From an uncultured bacterium (GTDB taxonomy: Bacteria > Chlamydiota > Chlamydiia > Chlamydiales > SM23-39), in contig OY970323.1 in NCBI GenBank assembly GCA_963716985.1, positions 1,760,001 to 1,824,000 of the forward strand: 64,000 nucleotides of DNA, given 5' to 3'. Made by a program: the position numbers and the translations under genes. Positions 40,352-50,946 of this stretch are shown piece after piece. The notes below the pieces were generated by a model. It made no database searches. It saw only the letters and a list, made by a program, of their open reading frames with translations, and was not told the origin of the DNA. Position 1 is the stretch's first letter; every line of letters starts with the position of its first letter.

Positions 40352-41397
40352 ACGCGATGTGCGAGTTTATAAAGCGAAAAATCGCCTATGCTTTTAAGAA
40401 CAAAGCAACTGGTCAAACTGTAAAGGCTCGTTCCCTGCGTTTACATTAAGTTTAATGCCGACAGTATGCGCCAGTAATTTTCTCCAAAATCTTGAAAATT
40501 GATGCCATAAATCTCGCGCCCATACTTTTTCAATCCGAAATCTATCATTGAGCTGCCCTATAACTGTTTCAACCAGTCGCCGAGTCCCTACCAGCCATTT
40601 CAAAAATTTCTTCGGTCTTTCATCTTTCATATTTTCTCTCAGCGAAGTTTGCAAGTACAACCCTTGTTTTTTGAGCAACTCTTTCAATCCAGGTCGTATA
40701 AAACCTTTGTCTCCCAACAAAAGCCCTCCGATTTTTTCCACAATCTCAGGACACACATCGCGCTCATCAATGTTTGCCTTGGCGAATGTAGCTGCTGTCA
40801 CCACCCCTATTGAACTGATGACAACATGGCCTCGAAAACCATAAAAGTGCTCTTTTTTTGTAGCACAATATCCATATGCAGCGTCGCCCTTGAAATTTTT
40901 GCTAAAGTGAGCTCTGGCAAATTTGCAAACTGGAATAGGAAGCCCGTCTATTATGTGCAATGAATCAGAAAGAGCATGTAGGTCAGTTGCTAAACTCTCT
41001 TGTAACAATCGCTTTACTACATGAAGGTTGGCCGCTTGCCTGACAAAATTCGAACGTGCAGGAATATTTGGAAAGAAATGCAACCAGTGCCTTTTGAAAT
41101 ATTCCCAAATGGTTTTGTCACGGTCCATTCCAAAAAATTCTCCAACGACCTCCATCGTAATAACCTCGCTGTCTTTCAATCTAGGCGAGGGACCTCTTTG
41201 ACGAAATTTCTCGTCTGCAAGAACCTTCTTCATCTCATCATCTATCAAACAAAAGGTGGTTATGATAAAATCATCAATCGACATGTCCTGAACTCCTGTT
41301 GTTGTTTTGTCGCAAAACAGTGTGCAGTAAGGACTTGTCATTTTTCAATTATTTTTTTACGTGTGATTTTTTGCTTTGAAAAACTCGCACATCGCGT
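40352..41397 (-). mobile_element. complete IS982-family element (1046 bp)
   Basis: 17-bp TIRs ACGCGATGTGCGAGTTT (40352-40368 / 41381-41397); direct repeat GAGATT at 40346-40351 and 41398-41403. Confidence 0.93.
40394..41284 (-). CDS. IS982 family transposase
   Basis: DSEVIT, IIDGLPIPVC, YGFRGH, LLGDKGF, RRLVETVIGQL. Confidence 0.93.
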   Translation of the reverse strand: MSIDDFIITTFCLIDDEMKKVLADEKFRQRGPSPRLKDSEVITMEVVGEFFGMDRDKTIWEYFKRHWLHFFPNIPARSNFVRQAANLHVVKRLLQESLATDLHALSDSLHIIDGLPIPVCKFARAHFSKNFKGDAAYGYCATKKEHFYGFRGHVVISSIGVVTAATFAKANIDERDVCPEIVEKIGGLLLGDKGFIRPGLKELLKKQGLYLQTSLRENMKDERPKKFLKWLVGTRRLVETVIGQLNDRFRIEKVWARDLWHQFSRFWRKLLAHTVGIKLNVNAGNEPLQFDQLLCS

Positions 41398-41761
41398 GAG
41401 ATTTTAATCCTTTGTATTTTTTCAAAAGATCTCCTTTTGGAAGTAATCTTCCCCACTTGCAAACACTGGACGTTGGGGACAATCCACTTGAAAACCTTTC
41501 TGAGAAGGTCATGCGGCTCCTTCTTGTCAAACCGGAAACACTCTATCTTTCTCTCTTACAAGTGATAAACACGCAAAAACGTACGGAACCACATCCCCAC
41601 TTGCAATTGACCTGCTAAAGTTAAGATTTCCTCCCAAACCAAAATTGGTAGTGTGCGCCTCTGCCCGCGCACATTGCAGCTTTGGCTCTATAGAAGATTG
41701 AAGCTTTCATTGTCAGAATCCTGCTTTTCCCCTAAAATGTTCTCATATTTAGGGGTCTTTT

Positions 41762-42613
41762 ATGCACCATCCGCTTCTTATTGGAGCTCATTTCTCAATC
41801 ACCGGCGGGTATCAAAATGCACTTCTGGCCGGGAAGGCCGTGGGCGCAACGACGGTACAAATTTTTACCTCCAATCAAAGACAATGGCATGGCCACAAAA
41901 TCTCCGATGAAGAGATCCTTGTTTGGAGAGAGACAAAAAAACAGACCGGGATCGATACCGTCGCAAGCCACGATAGCTATTTGATCAATTTAGGCTCTCC
42001 GAAAAAAGCTCCGCTCTTGAAAAGCAGAAAAGCATTTCGCGAAGAGATCGAACGCTGCCATCTCTTAGACCTCTCCTTTCTTGTTTTTCACCCGGGCGCT
42101 GCTTTAGACAGCAGCGAAGAGGAGTGTTTGCACACGATTGCCGAAAGTCTTTTAGAATGTGAAGATCTCTTGAAAAAGGGGAAAACGCGCTGTCTTTTGG
42201 AAACCACGGCCGGACAGGGATCGCAAGTAGGATATTGTTTTGAACACATTGCCCTCATCGTCCAAAAAGTTGGAAAAAAAATTCCCATCGGCGTCTGCAT
42301 CGACACCTGCCATATCTTTGCTGCGGGCTATGACATTCGCACAAAAGAGGGCTGGCAAAAAACATTGCATCAGTTTGATCAAACCGTCGGCCTGGACCAT
42401 TTGCATGCTTTTCACCTCAACGATTCTTTAAAAGAGCTCGGCTCTCGATTAGATCGTCACGCATCTCTTGGAGAGGGCGCTATCGGCCTTACTTCCTTCG
42501 AAGCCCTTATGCGCCATCCGAAAACCAGGCTCGTGCCGAAATATTTAGAAACACCCTTCCCGGAAAAATGGGAGAGGGAAATTCACCTTCTTCGTAAATT
42601 TGGAGAAAAATAA
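41762..42613 (+). CDS. nfo: endonuclease IV
   Basis: IGAHFS, HDSYLINLGS, LETTAGQG, CIDTCHIFAAG, HLNDS, DRH. Confidence 0.96.
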   Translation: MHHPLLIGAHFSITGGYQNALLAGKAVGATTVQIFTSNQRQWHGHKISDEEILVWRETKKQTGIDTVASHDSYLINLGSPKKAPLLKSRKAFREEIERCHLLDLSFLVFHPGAALDSSEEECLHTIAESLLECEDLLKKGKTRCLLETTAGQGSQVGYCFEHIALIVQKVGKKIPIGVCIDTCHIFAAGYDIRTKEGWQKTLHQFDQTVGLDHLHAFHLNDSLKELGSRLDRHASLGEGAIGLTSFEALMRHPKTRLVPKYLETPFPEKWEREIHLLRKFGEK

Positions 42614-43999
42614 ATGCGCAGTAAAATCAAACATCTCTTCCAAGACGCCTCCCTCATTGGCAAAGAGATCACCATTTGCGGCTGGGTCAAAACACTCAGA
42701 CGTCAAAAAAATCTTTCCTTTTTGGAAATCAACGACGGATCGATCTTCACCAATTTGCAAATCATCGTGGAATCTCAGGTAGCCGATGAAGCGCTTCTCG
42801 CAAATCTTTGCCCCGGCGCCTCCGTGTCCGCTACCGGAATATTAAAGCAGAGCCAAGGGAAGAATCAAAGCGTCGAGCTGCTTGCAACGAGTTTATATAT
42901 TTATGGACCGTCCGATCCCGACACCTACCCTCTGCAGAAAAAACAGCACTCCTTTGAATTTTTGCGCACGCTTGCCCACTTGAGGCCAAGGACCAATACG
43001 CAAGGCGCCGTCCTTCGCGTACGCAATGCCCTTGCCTTTGCCACTCACACCTTCTTTCAAAAAAGAAATTTTCTCTATCTACAAACCCCCATCGTCACAG
43101 GATCCGATTGCGAGGGCGGAGGAGAACTCTTTCAAGTCACAACGCTCAAAGAGCCGCTGCCTCGGCTTCCCGATCAATCCATTGATTACTCCAAAGACTT
43201 TTTTAAGAAAAAAGCCTATCTGACCGTTTCGGGCCAGCTCAACGCAGAATGTTTTGCATGCGCCCTTTCCGACGTTTATACCTTCGGGCCCACGTTTCGC
43301 GCTGAAAATTCCAACACTTCCAGACACCTGGCAGAATTTTGGATGATCGAGCCTGAAATGGCCTTTGCAACGCTCGAAGATGATATGGAGCTGGCGCAAA
43401 GCTATTTGAAGTTCACTGCGGAATATGTGTTGAATCATTGCCCGAAAGACATGGAGTTTTTCGATCAATTCATCGAAAAAGGGGTCATTCAGCGCATGCG
43501 CCACGTAATCGAGCAGCCCTTTGAGCAGATCAGCTATACGGAAGCCGTTGATCTTTTGCAAAAGGCAAAAAAAACATTCGAGTTTCCCGTCAAATGGGGA
43601 AGCGATCTGCAGTCGGAGCATGAGCGCTACCTTGCTGAAGAGCTTTTCAAAAAACCCGTCATCGTGACCGACTATCCGGAAATCTTAAAAGCCTTTTACA
43701 TGAGGCGCAATGAAGATCAAAAAACGGTCGCGGCCATGGATATCCTTGTTCCCAAAGTAGGAGAGATCATCGGCGGATCTCAAAGAGAAGAGAGGATCGA
43801 CATTTTAGAAGAAAAAATGGCCAAGATGCATCTGAAGAAAGAAGACTACTGGTGGTATCTCGACCTCAGACGCTTCGGCTCTGTGCCCCATTGCGGATTT
43901 GGCGTGGGATTTGAGCGGCTCGTTCTCTTCTTTACGGGCATGGAAAACATTCGCGATGTGATTCCCTTCCCCAGATATCCCGGGTCGGCAGAATTTTGA
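42614..43999 (+). CDS. asnS: asparagine--tRNA ligase
   Basis: [39 protein letters not shown]. Confidence 0.97.
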   Translation: MRSKIKHLFQDASLIGKEITICGWVKTLRRQKNLSFLEINDGSIFTNLQIIVESQVADEALLANLCPGASVSATGILKQSQGKNQSVELLATSLYIYGPSDPDTYPLQKKQHSFEFLRTLAHLRPRTNTQGAVLRVRNALAFATHTFFQKRNFLYLQTPIVTGSDCEGGGELFQVTTLKEPLPRLPDQSIDYSKDFFKKKAYLTVSGQLNAECFACALSDVYTFGPTFRAENSNTSRHLAEFWMIEPEMAFATLEDDMELAQSYLKFTAEYVLNHCPKDMEFFDQFIEKGVIQRMRHVIEQPFEQISYTEAVDLLQKAKKTFEFPVKWGSDLQSEHERYLAEELFKKPVIVTDYPEILKAFYMRRNEDQKTVAAMDILVPKVGEIIGGSQREERIDILEEKMAKMHLKKEDYWWYLDLRRFGSVPHCGFGVGFERLVLFFTGMENIRDVIPFPRYPGSAEF

Positions 44000-44079
44000 T
44001 CTGAAAAAGCAAAGAGGAGGCGATCTTAAGAGGAAAATCTCTCTCTTCGCAATCCGGCCGGCTAGCGTGGCCCTGTTTT

Positions 44080-44658
44080 TTAAAAAACCATTTGCTGAAT
44101 GAACGAGAACGCATAGCCTCTTCTTGCAAGGAACGCAATGATCTTTTTCTTTTCCACATGTTTCTTTTTAGCAAGAAGAGCGCGCACCGCTTCTCGCTGC
44201 ACGCTTTCGGAGACGATCTTTTGAATCGTTTGTAGCAAAAGCCCTTTTTCAAACCCCTTGTTTTGAAGCTTGTATTGAATAAGAAGCGGGCCAAAACCCT
44301 TTCGCGCCCATTTTTTTACCTCTTTTTCGATCGAATAATTCTCCTCAATAAACCCCTCTTTTTGCAACCGGTCTAAAAGAGGAAAGACCACTGCATCTGA
44401 AAGACCTTTGGCTTTCAGCTTTTGTGCAAGCAAAGCTTTGGGATAGTTGCGCCGGGATAACCATTGAAGAGCGACTTTTTTGGCAATTTTTTCCTCTAAA
44501 AGGGAAAACCACTCTTGCGCATCCTCTAAAGAAGAAAACTCCATTCGCTTGATCTCTTTCTCGAAAAGAAGACGATCCACCGCGCGAAAAAAGGCTTCCC
44601 GAAAGGTCAAAATCAGTTTTTTTGGATCCCCTACATCGACGCAAACGTTGATCTGCAT
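44080..44658 (-). CDS. recX: regulatory protein RecX
   Basis: ALQWLSRR, GP..I..KLQNKG, IAFLARRGY. Confidence 0.8.
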   Translation of the reverse strand: MQINVCVDVGDPKKLILTFREAFFRAVDRLLFEKEIKRMEFSSLEDAQEWFSLLEEKIAKKVALQWLSRRNYPKALLAQKLKAKGLSDAVVFPLLDRLQKEGFIEENYSIEKEVKKWARKGFGPLLIQYKLQNKGFEKGLLLQTIQKIVSESVQREAVRALLAKKKHVEKKKIIAFLARRGYAFSFIQQMVF

Positions 44659-44837
44659 AAAACACCTATCTCAAAACGTCTAAGGATAGGAAAGATCCCA
44701 TTCTTCGCCACTTCTTTTTTTCAAAAAAACACTATAGCGCTAACTATTAAAGCCTTAAGATGAATGATTGGACTCCATAGCCACATCCAATTGCTCCCCA
44801 ATGAGCTTTGTGATAATGTTAAAAAAAAGGATTTCTT

Positions 44838-45119
44838 ATGGTAGATAAGCCCGCCGACGTCTCTTCGATTCCGCCGCAGATCCCGCAAAAACCTTTGGAG
44901 AATGAAAAACAACCCTCCAAAGTAACGACAAATGCTTCTTATTCCAACCCCTTTCCCACATTCCAATTTAGCGACTCGGAGATCGGCCAAAAGGAGTTCG
45001 TGAAAAAATTTTGGGAATCGATGGAACGGAACATCGGCGATTGTATCAATCGCGATATGAAGCGCATGAAAGAGGCCAATGAAAAACTGAAAAAGAGTCT
45101 CGAGGGAAAAGAAGACTAG
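44838..45119 (+). CDS. small hypothetical protein
   Basis: AAGGA RBS; Pro/Ser-rich N-terminus, helical C-terminus. Confidence 0.65.
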   Translation: MVDKPADVSSIPPQIPQKPLENEKQPSKVTTNASYSNPFPTFQFSDSEIGQKEFVKKFWESMERNIGDCINRDMKRMKEANEKLKKSLEGKED

Positions 45120-45261
45120 GTAAATAATTCATCACAAGCCACTTAAAAAGAAAGTTTCTGTTTTTCAAAAAAATTATCAATAATACGAATAAACAATACG
45201 CAAAAATTACAAATTTGTTATAATAATAAATAGGAAATATAATTTTTTAAGGAGCTAATGC

Positions 45262-45456
45262 ATGAAAATTCAAAAGCCGGGAAAATCAGAGGCAGCCCAC
45301 CTTAACACCCCCGCCGTATCAAAAAGCAAAGATCCTGCAAAACAAGCCATGATTCAATCTCTGTGCAATGAAATGAACAAGACCATTCAGCAAACTACAG
45401 CAAAAGCCGTGGCAGAGAAAAGAAAACAGCGCGCAGATATCGAGCAAGGATCTTGA
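45262..45456 (+). CDS. small hypothetical protein
   Basis: AAGGAG RBS; AT-rich upstream region. Confidence 0.65.
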   Translation: MKIQKPGKSEAAHLNTPAVSKSKDPAKQAMIQSLCNEMNKTIQQTTAKAVAEKRKQRADIEQGS

Positions 45457-45535
45457 TCCATTCTGTTTGTTTTTCTCCCTTGTTTTGTTATGATTCCTTT
45501 ACGCATTTCTAAAAACCGATCTTAAGGATTTTGCT

Positions 45536-46477
45536 TTGGAAGAAACCGATCTTTTTCTGGTACCAAAAGAAGAAAGCGGACAGAGGCTCGACAAACTGCT
45601 CTCAAAGAGATTTGAAGACAAGTCCCGTACCTATTTTCAATATTTGATCGAAGAGGGGTGCGTCTTTCTCAATGGAAAACGCGTCAAGAAAAGAACCATT
45701 GTCTCTGCAAATGACGAAATTGAACTCTTTTTTTTAGCAACTCCCGAGATCTCCCTTGAGCCGGAAAATATTCCCTTAGAGATCCTTTTTGAAGACGAAG
45801 ATCTCCTGGTCGTCAACAAACCTGCGGGCATGGTCGTCCATCCCGCACCGGGCCATTGGACCTCTACCTTCGTGCATGCCCTTCTGTTTCATTGCAAAGA
45901 GCTGCGAGCGACGAAAGACAATGTCCGGCCCGGCATCGTGCATCGCCTGGATAAAGACACCTCCGGCTGCCTTCTCGCGGCAAAAACTGAAAATGCCCAT
46001 AGAAAGCTCATACAGCAATTTCACAATCGGGAAATCGAAAAGGAGTATCTTGCCATTGCAATCGGGAAAACGCCCTCTTTGACCCTTTCCGCCCCGATCG
46101 GACGCCATCCTGTCCGACGAAAGGAAATGTGCGTTTTAGAGGATGGGAAAGAGGCGATCACCCAATTCGAATTGCTATTCGATCTGGATCCGATCTGTCT
46201 TGTCCGCGCACGCCCAAAAACGGGAAGGACCCATCAGATCCGCGTGCATTTAAAACACCTCTCCACCCCCCTTCTCGGAGATCCGGTTTATGGAAAAAAA
46301 TCGTCCATTGCGGCAGCGCGGCAAATGCTGCACGCCCACACGCTTTCTTTTTTACATCCGATGACCCGCGTCCCCTTGAAATTGCAAGCTCATATTCCCG
46401 AAGATATGAAAAACATTCTCAGCAATTGCAAAAAACCATCCTCTCGCGATCGCGAACTCTGGCGACAGATCATCTAA
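45536..46477 (+). CDS. rluD: RluA-family 23S pseudouridine synthase
   Basis: S4 domain, NKPAGMVVHP, HRLDKDTSG, GRTHQIRVH. Confidence 0.92.
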   Translation: MEETDLFLVPKEESGQRLDKLLSKRFEDKSRTYFQYLIEEGCVFLNGKRVKKRTIVSANDEIELFFLATPEISLEPENIPLEILFEDEDLLVVNKPAGMVVHPAPGHWTSTFVHALLFHCKELRATKDNVRPGIVHRLDKDTSGCLLAAKTENAHRKLIQQFHNREIEKEYLAIAIGKTPSLTLSAPIGRHPVRRKEMCVLEDGKEAITQFELLFDLDPICLVRARPKTGRTHQIRVHLKHLSTPLLGDPVYGKKSSIAAARQMLHAHTLSFLHPMTRVPLKLQAHIPEDMKNILSNCKKPSSRDRELWRQII

Positions 46478-46676
46478 CTCGCGCCAAAAAAGAACCTATT
46501 CTTTTTTTGAAGAAGATTTCTCTTCAACGTCTATTCCATCGATTGGATCGATCAAAAGTTTTCCGAAAGGGCATCCAATTTGCTGGCTAAATATCTCTTC
46601 TTTCGATAAAGTGGAAAATGCGAGATTCCAAATTTGGATATCAACTGTTATTTCAACCTAAGCAGAGGATCGCAAT

Positions 46677-46916
46677 ATGAAGGAATTTGTTGAATACATC
46701 GTGAAGAATTTAGTCGATCATCCTGATAAAGTACTCATCAATGAAATCGGAGGCACACATACTCTGATCATTGAATTATCCGTGGAAAAATCTGACATCG
46801 GAAAAATCATCGGTAAAAAGGGGAAGACCATCAATGCTATCCGCACTCTTCTTATGTCGGTAGCAAGCAGAAATGGAATCAGGGTCAACCTTGAAATCAT
46901 CGAAGAAGGTAAATAA
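46677..46916 (+). CDS. khpA: KH-domain RNA-binding protein
   Basis: DIGKIIGKKGKTINAIR. Confidence 0.9.
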   Translation: MKEFVEYIVKNLVDHPDKVLINEIGGTHTLIIELSVEKSDIGKIIGKKGKTINAIRTLLMSVASRNGIRVNLEIIEEGK

Positions 46917-46926
46917 TAGTTTTGTC

Positions 46927-48636
46927 ATGTGGAGCAAAAAAAGCCTTTTTTTTGCTCCCTTGCTTTTTTTGTTTTTTTCTCCTTTTTGCATTTTTTGCGA
47001 GCACAACGTTTCGCCTTTCCCCGAAAGAAAGTCTTTCGTCATCATCGTTGCGGCCTATAACGCCTCTTCGGTGTGCGAACTGGCGCTGCAATCTTTTGCT
47101 ACGCAAACCTATCCCCAATTTCGCGTGGTTTACGTGGATGACGGGTCCAGCGACGCAACGAGGCAAAAAGTCGAAGAGTTTTTGAAAAACTCCGCGCAAA
47201 AAAATCGATTTTCCTTCCTCCGCTATGATCGGAGGAAAGGGAGCGTCGAGCGCCTGATTGAAGAGGCGCAAAAATGCGCCCCCCATGAAATCATTGTTTT
47301 TCTCGAAGGGACATCTCTTCTCTCCTCTCCAAACGTCCTGCAAAAACTCAATGATCTTTATACGAAAAAAGAAGCCCTGGTGGTTTGGGGCCAGCATCAA
47401 GAATTAGAAACCAAAGACATAGGGCCCTGCAAAAAAGTAAAGAGCGCTACCCTCTTTTCTCATTCTATGCGAGGGAAAAAATGGGAGCGGTGCCGCATCA
47501 AATCTTTTTACGCTCTCCTCTTTAACCAGATACCCATCGAAGATTTTTTCTTCCGCGGCCAATGCGTGGATGAAACATTTGACAAAGCCTATATGTTCCC
47601 CCTGCTCGAAATGGCCGGCGATCATGCTCTTTTTGTCAAAGATGTTCTCTGTCTTTCCTCTCAAAAAGAAGAAACGGACAAGACACGGCCCTGCCAAAGA
47701 TCTCCCATCAAATGCGGGCAGATGATCCGCAATCATGCGCCCTTAGCGCCTCTTAAAAAGCCGCTTCTCTCTCCTGCCCCGGCCGGCATGGCCGATCTCA
47801 TCATTTTTTCCTACGACCGGCCCCTGCAGATATACGCTCTTCTAGAGTCCATCCAAAAACACCTGCAAGGACTGCAACAGATTTCCGTCCTCTTTCGAAC
47901 GAGCTCTTTTGCTTTTGAAAAGGCGTATGCAGACCTTAAAAAAGAATTTCCCCATCTGCAATGGGTCGCGCAGTCACAAGAGCACCCGCGAGAAGACTTT
48001 CAAACGCTTTTGCTGCAGACCATCTTTTCCTCCCCCTCGCCCTACATCCTTTTCGCCGTTGACGATATGATCGTCAAAAAAGATGCAAATCTTCAAGAAT
48101 GCGCACATTTTTTGGAAAAAAACCATGCCTTTTTTTTCTCGCTTCGCCTCGGCAAAGATATCACCACATGCTACATGGGAAAGTATGATCAGGCCCTTCC
48201 CCATCATCTCTTTCTCCAAGACCGGGTTCTTGCCTGGCAAATCAATGCGGCCCAAGGAGATTGGAATTATGCAACCAGCGTGGACATGAATCTCTATCGC
48301 AAAAAAGATGTAAAAAAATGTTTTAACCGCATTCATTTCCACAATCCCAACGAACTAGAGCCTGCCTGGGAGCGCTATCTGGAATCCCATCAAACCACGC
48401 AAAGGAAGAAGGGGATGGGCCTCTGCTATGAGGATCCGGTCGTATTGAACATTCCTCTTAACCTCGTGAACAAAAGCGATAATTCCCATATGAATCTCTT
48501 TTCTCCAAACGAGCTTTTGCAGCTCTTTGAAAAGGGAGAGAAAATCGACATTGCTCCCTTGGAAAAAGTAAAGAACCACACGGTTCACGTGGAAATAACG
48601 CCCACTTTCATTAAAAGAGAGAAGAAAACGGATTGA
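46927..48636 (+). CDS. two-domain glycosyltransferase (GT2/GT-A) with N-terminal anchor
   Basis: VAAYNA, YVDDGSSD; second domain FSYDRPLQ..LLESI, FAVDD. Confidence 0.8.
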   Translation: MWSKKSLFFAPLLFLFFSPFCIFCEHNVSPFPERKSFVIIVAAYNASSVCELALQSFATQTYPQFRVVYVDDGSSDATRQKVEEFLKNSAQKNRFSFLRYDRRKGSVERLIEEAQKCAPHEIIVFLEGTSLLSSPNVLQKLNDLYTKKEALVVWGQHQELETKDIGPCKKVKSATLFSHSMRGKKWERCRIKSFYALLFNQIPIEDFFFRGQCVDETFDKAYMFPLLEMAGDHALFVKDVLCLSSQKEETDKTRPCQRSPIKCGQMIRNHAPLAPLKKPLLSPAPAGMADLIIFSYDRPLQIYALLESIQKHLQGLQQISVLFRTSSFAFEKAYADLKKEFPHLQWVAQSQEHPREDFQTLLLQTIFSSPSPYILFAVDDMIVKKDANLQECAHFLEKNHAFFFSLRLGKDITTCYMGKYDQALPHHLFLQDRVLAWQINAAQGDWNYATSVDMNLYRKKDVKKCFNRIHFHNPNELEPAWERYLESHQTTQRKKGMGLCYEDPVVLNIPLNLVNKSDNSHMNLFSPNELLQLFEKGEKIDIAPLEKVKNHTVHVEITPTFIKREKKTD

Positions 48637-48702
48637 GCAGGACTCGAACCTGCGACCGCCCGCTTAGAAGGCGGGTGCTCTATCCAGCTGAGCTATCAAT
48701 CC
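48629..48702 (-). tRNA. tRNA-Arg(TCT)
   Basis: GGATTGA...TCAATCC, loop CTTCTAA; its 3' end overlaps the stop of the convergent glycosyltransferase. Confidence 0.95.
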
Positions 48703-48791
48703 AAATTTCATTCCGGATTTTAAAAGATTGGCCTTTAGATTTCTAGGGTTTTTCTGCTACTATAGCCCCTCTCGAGCTTTAGGAGGTTTTT

Positions 48792-49610
48792 ATGCCCAAG
48801 ATTGCAATCGGAAACTTTTTCATGGGAGAGGGAGAGCCTCTCGTGCTCATTTGCGGCCCTTGTGCAATCCAATCGGAGAGTCACGCTCTTTTTGTTGCCA
48901 AATCCCTAAAAGAAATATCCTCTCAATTTTCCTTTCCCCTCATTTACAAATCGAGTTTCGATAAAGCCAACCGCCTCTCCATTCATTCGTTCCGCGGAGT
49001 CGGGCTAGAGAAGGGTTTGCGCATCTTAGAAAAAGTCAAAAGGGAGTTTGATCTGCCCGTCCTTACCGATATCCATACTCCCGATCAGGCCAGAGCCGCG
49101 GCTGATGTTTGCGATGTAATCCAAATACCGGCGTTCCTTTGCCGCCAAACCGATCTGATTCTGGCAGCCTCTCAAACAAATGCCGTCATCAATCTCAAAA
49201 AAGGGCAATTCCTCTCCCCCTGGGACATGAATTACGCCATTGAAAAAGTCCTCTCCACCCAAAACACACGCCTGTTTATCACCGAAAGGGGAACCTCTTT
49301 TGGCTATAACAATCTCGTCAGCGATATGCGCTCGATTGCGATCATGAAGAAATTCGGCTATCCGATCTGTTACGACGCGACCCATTCCATCCAGCTTCCC
49401 GGAGGCGCCGGAAGCTCTTCCGGAGGAAACAGAGAGTTCATACCCACGCTTGCAAAAGCGGCAGTAGCTGCCGGCTGCCACTCTCTGTTCATCGAAGCGC
49501 ATGAAAATCCAAGCAGCGCCCCTTCCGATAGCGCATCGATGCTCTCTTTTGAAGAATTAAAACCCCTCCTCAAAGAGATCGAAAAAATCCATCATGCCCT
49601 CAATGGCTAG
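48792..49610 (+). CDS. kdsA: KDO-8-phosphate synthase
   Basis: GPCAI, KSSFDKANR, QIPAFLCRQTDL, DATHS. Confidence 0.97.
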   Translation: MPKIAIGNFFMGEGEPLVLICGPCAIQSESHALFVAKSLKEISSQFSFPLIYKSSFDKANRLSIHSFRGVGLEKGLRILEKVKREFDLPVLTDIHTPDQARAAADVCDVIQIPAFLCRQTDLILAASQTNAVINLKKGQFLSPWDMNYAIEKVLSTQNTRLFITERGTSFGYNNLVSDMRSIAIMKKFGYPICYDATHSIQLPGGAGSSSGGNREFIPTLAKAAVAAGCHSLFIEAHENPSSAPSDSASMLSFEELKPLLKEIEKIHHALNG

Positions 49611-49613
49611 CCA

Positions 49614-50222
49614 ATGATTCGAAAATCGATTATCCTCTCCTCTTTCTTGACCTTTGCCTCCCTTTGCATTCTTGTTTTTTTTCTTTTCTTCCCCTCCTCT
49701 TCCGACCGCGAAGATTACCAAAAGATCCTGGAAAAAAGAAAACGCTCTCTTTCTTCCGACGGATTCCCCCAAGAGTCCATCCACCAGATGCGCGATGACG
49801 TCCAAAAAGACCTTTGGGTCATGAACGAGAAAGAGCGCCTCCATTTTCGCATTTGTTCGGAACACTCCGACTTGTGTTTGAGCAGATCCGCGAAAACGAC
49901 CGAGGTCACGGAAAATCTGCAAAACATCCAATGCTGGATCCAAGAAAAAATTCTGCCGCTCGAAGGAGAGCAGCTCATCCGCTTTTTTTCTTCGCAAGAG
50001 GGGATCTATCGCTATCCCTCCCACTCCTTTTTCGCACCCCATTTATTTCTCTTTTTTTTCCAAATACCCGGCAGCGATCTTCCCGAAGACATTTTTTCCT
50101 ATTCCCCCTATCTTCAAGGCCTGGCAGATCAAGTCTACTTTCAGTTCACGGAGAAAATGCCCGGTTTTGAAGCAACCCGTTTGCGTGCGCTTTATAAGCT
50201 CGACAAGGAGGTCTTGCCGTGA
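49614..50222 (+). CDS. membrane-anchored hypothetical protein (LptC-like position)
   Basis: One N-terminal TM; located between kdsA and lptB. Confidence 0.6.
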   Translation: MIRKSIILSSFLTFASLCILVFFLFFPSSSDREDYQKILEKRKRSLSSDGFPQESIHQMRDDVQKDLWVMNEKERLHFRICSEHSDLCLSRSAKTTEVTENLQNIQCWIQEKILPLEGEQLIRFFSSQEGIYRYPSHSFFAPHLFLFFFQIPGSDLPEDIFSYSPYLQGLADQVYFQFTEKMPGFEATRLRALYKLDKEVLP

Positions 50223-50944
50223 CCCATCTTCTAGAAGTGAAACACTTAAAAAAATATTATGCTGCAAAAGCCGTTGTGAACGATCTTTGCTTTTCGATTG
50301 AGGAAGGAGAAGTGGTGGGGCTCTTAGGTCCCAACGGGGCCGGCAAAACCACCGCGTTCTATATGACAATTGGACTCATCCATCCCGACGAGGGAGAGGT
50401 TTTTTTTCAAGGGAAGGAAATCACCCGCTTGCCCATTCATAAAAGAGCCCTTCTGGGCATGGGATATCTTTCTCAAGAGCCCTCGATTTTTCGCCAGCTG
50501 TCCGTCGAAGAGAACATTTTGGCGATATTAGAAACGCTCCCCCTATCCCGCTCCGAGAAGGAAAAGCGTTTAGGAGAGCTTCTGCAAGAGCTGCATTTGG
50601 AACATCTTCGTAAAAAAAAGGCCCTTTCTCTCTCCGGCGGAGAGAGACGACGTCTAGAAATCACCCGGGCCCTCGTTCGCTCTCCCACCCTACTTCTTCT
50701 CGACGAACCTTTTGCCAACATCGATCCTCTGGCCATTCAAGACGTGAAAAAGCTCATTCGCCTTTTGAAGCAAAAAAAGATCAGCATACTCATCACCGAC
50801 CATAATGCGAGAGAAATTTTTTCCATCGTGGACCGCAGCTATCTCATGCAAAATGGACAGGTGATGCTATCGGGCAGAGTCGAAGATCTGGTAAAAAATC
50901 CGGAAGCGAGAAGCTCCTATCTCGGAGAAGATTTTTCTCTCTAA
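50219..50944 (+). CDS. lptB: LPS export ABC transporter ATP-binding protein
   Basis: GPNGAGKTT, LSGGERRR, LLDEPFA, ITDHN. Confidence 0.95.
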   Translation: MTHLLEVKHLKKYYAAKAVVNDLCFSIEEGEVVGLLGPNGAGKTTAFYMTIGLIHPDEGEVFFQGKEITRLPIHKRALLGMGYLSQEPSIFRQLSVEENILAILETLPLSRSEKEKRLGELLQELHLEHLRKKKALSLSGGERRRLEITRALVRSPTLLLLDEPFANIDPLAIQDVKKLIRLLKQKKISILITDHNAREIFSIVDRSYLMQNGQVMLSGRVEDLVKNPEARSSYLGEDFSL

Positions 50945-50946
50945 AA

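Noticed and set aside
41412..41618. Short ORF with one LRR-like motif (LPHLQTLDVGDNPL)
   Set aside because: Single repeat and weak start; at most a gene relic.
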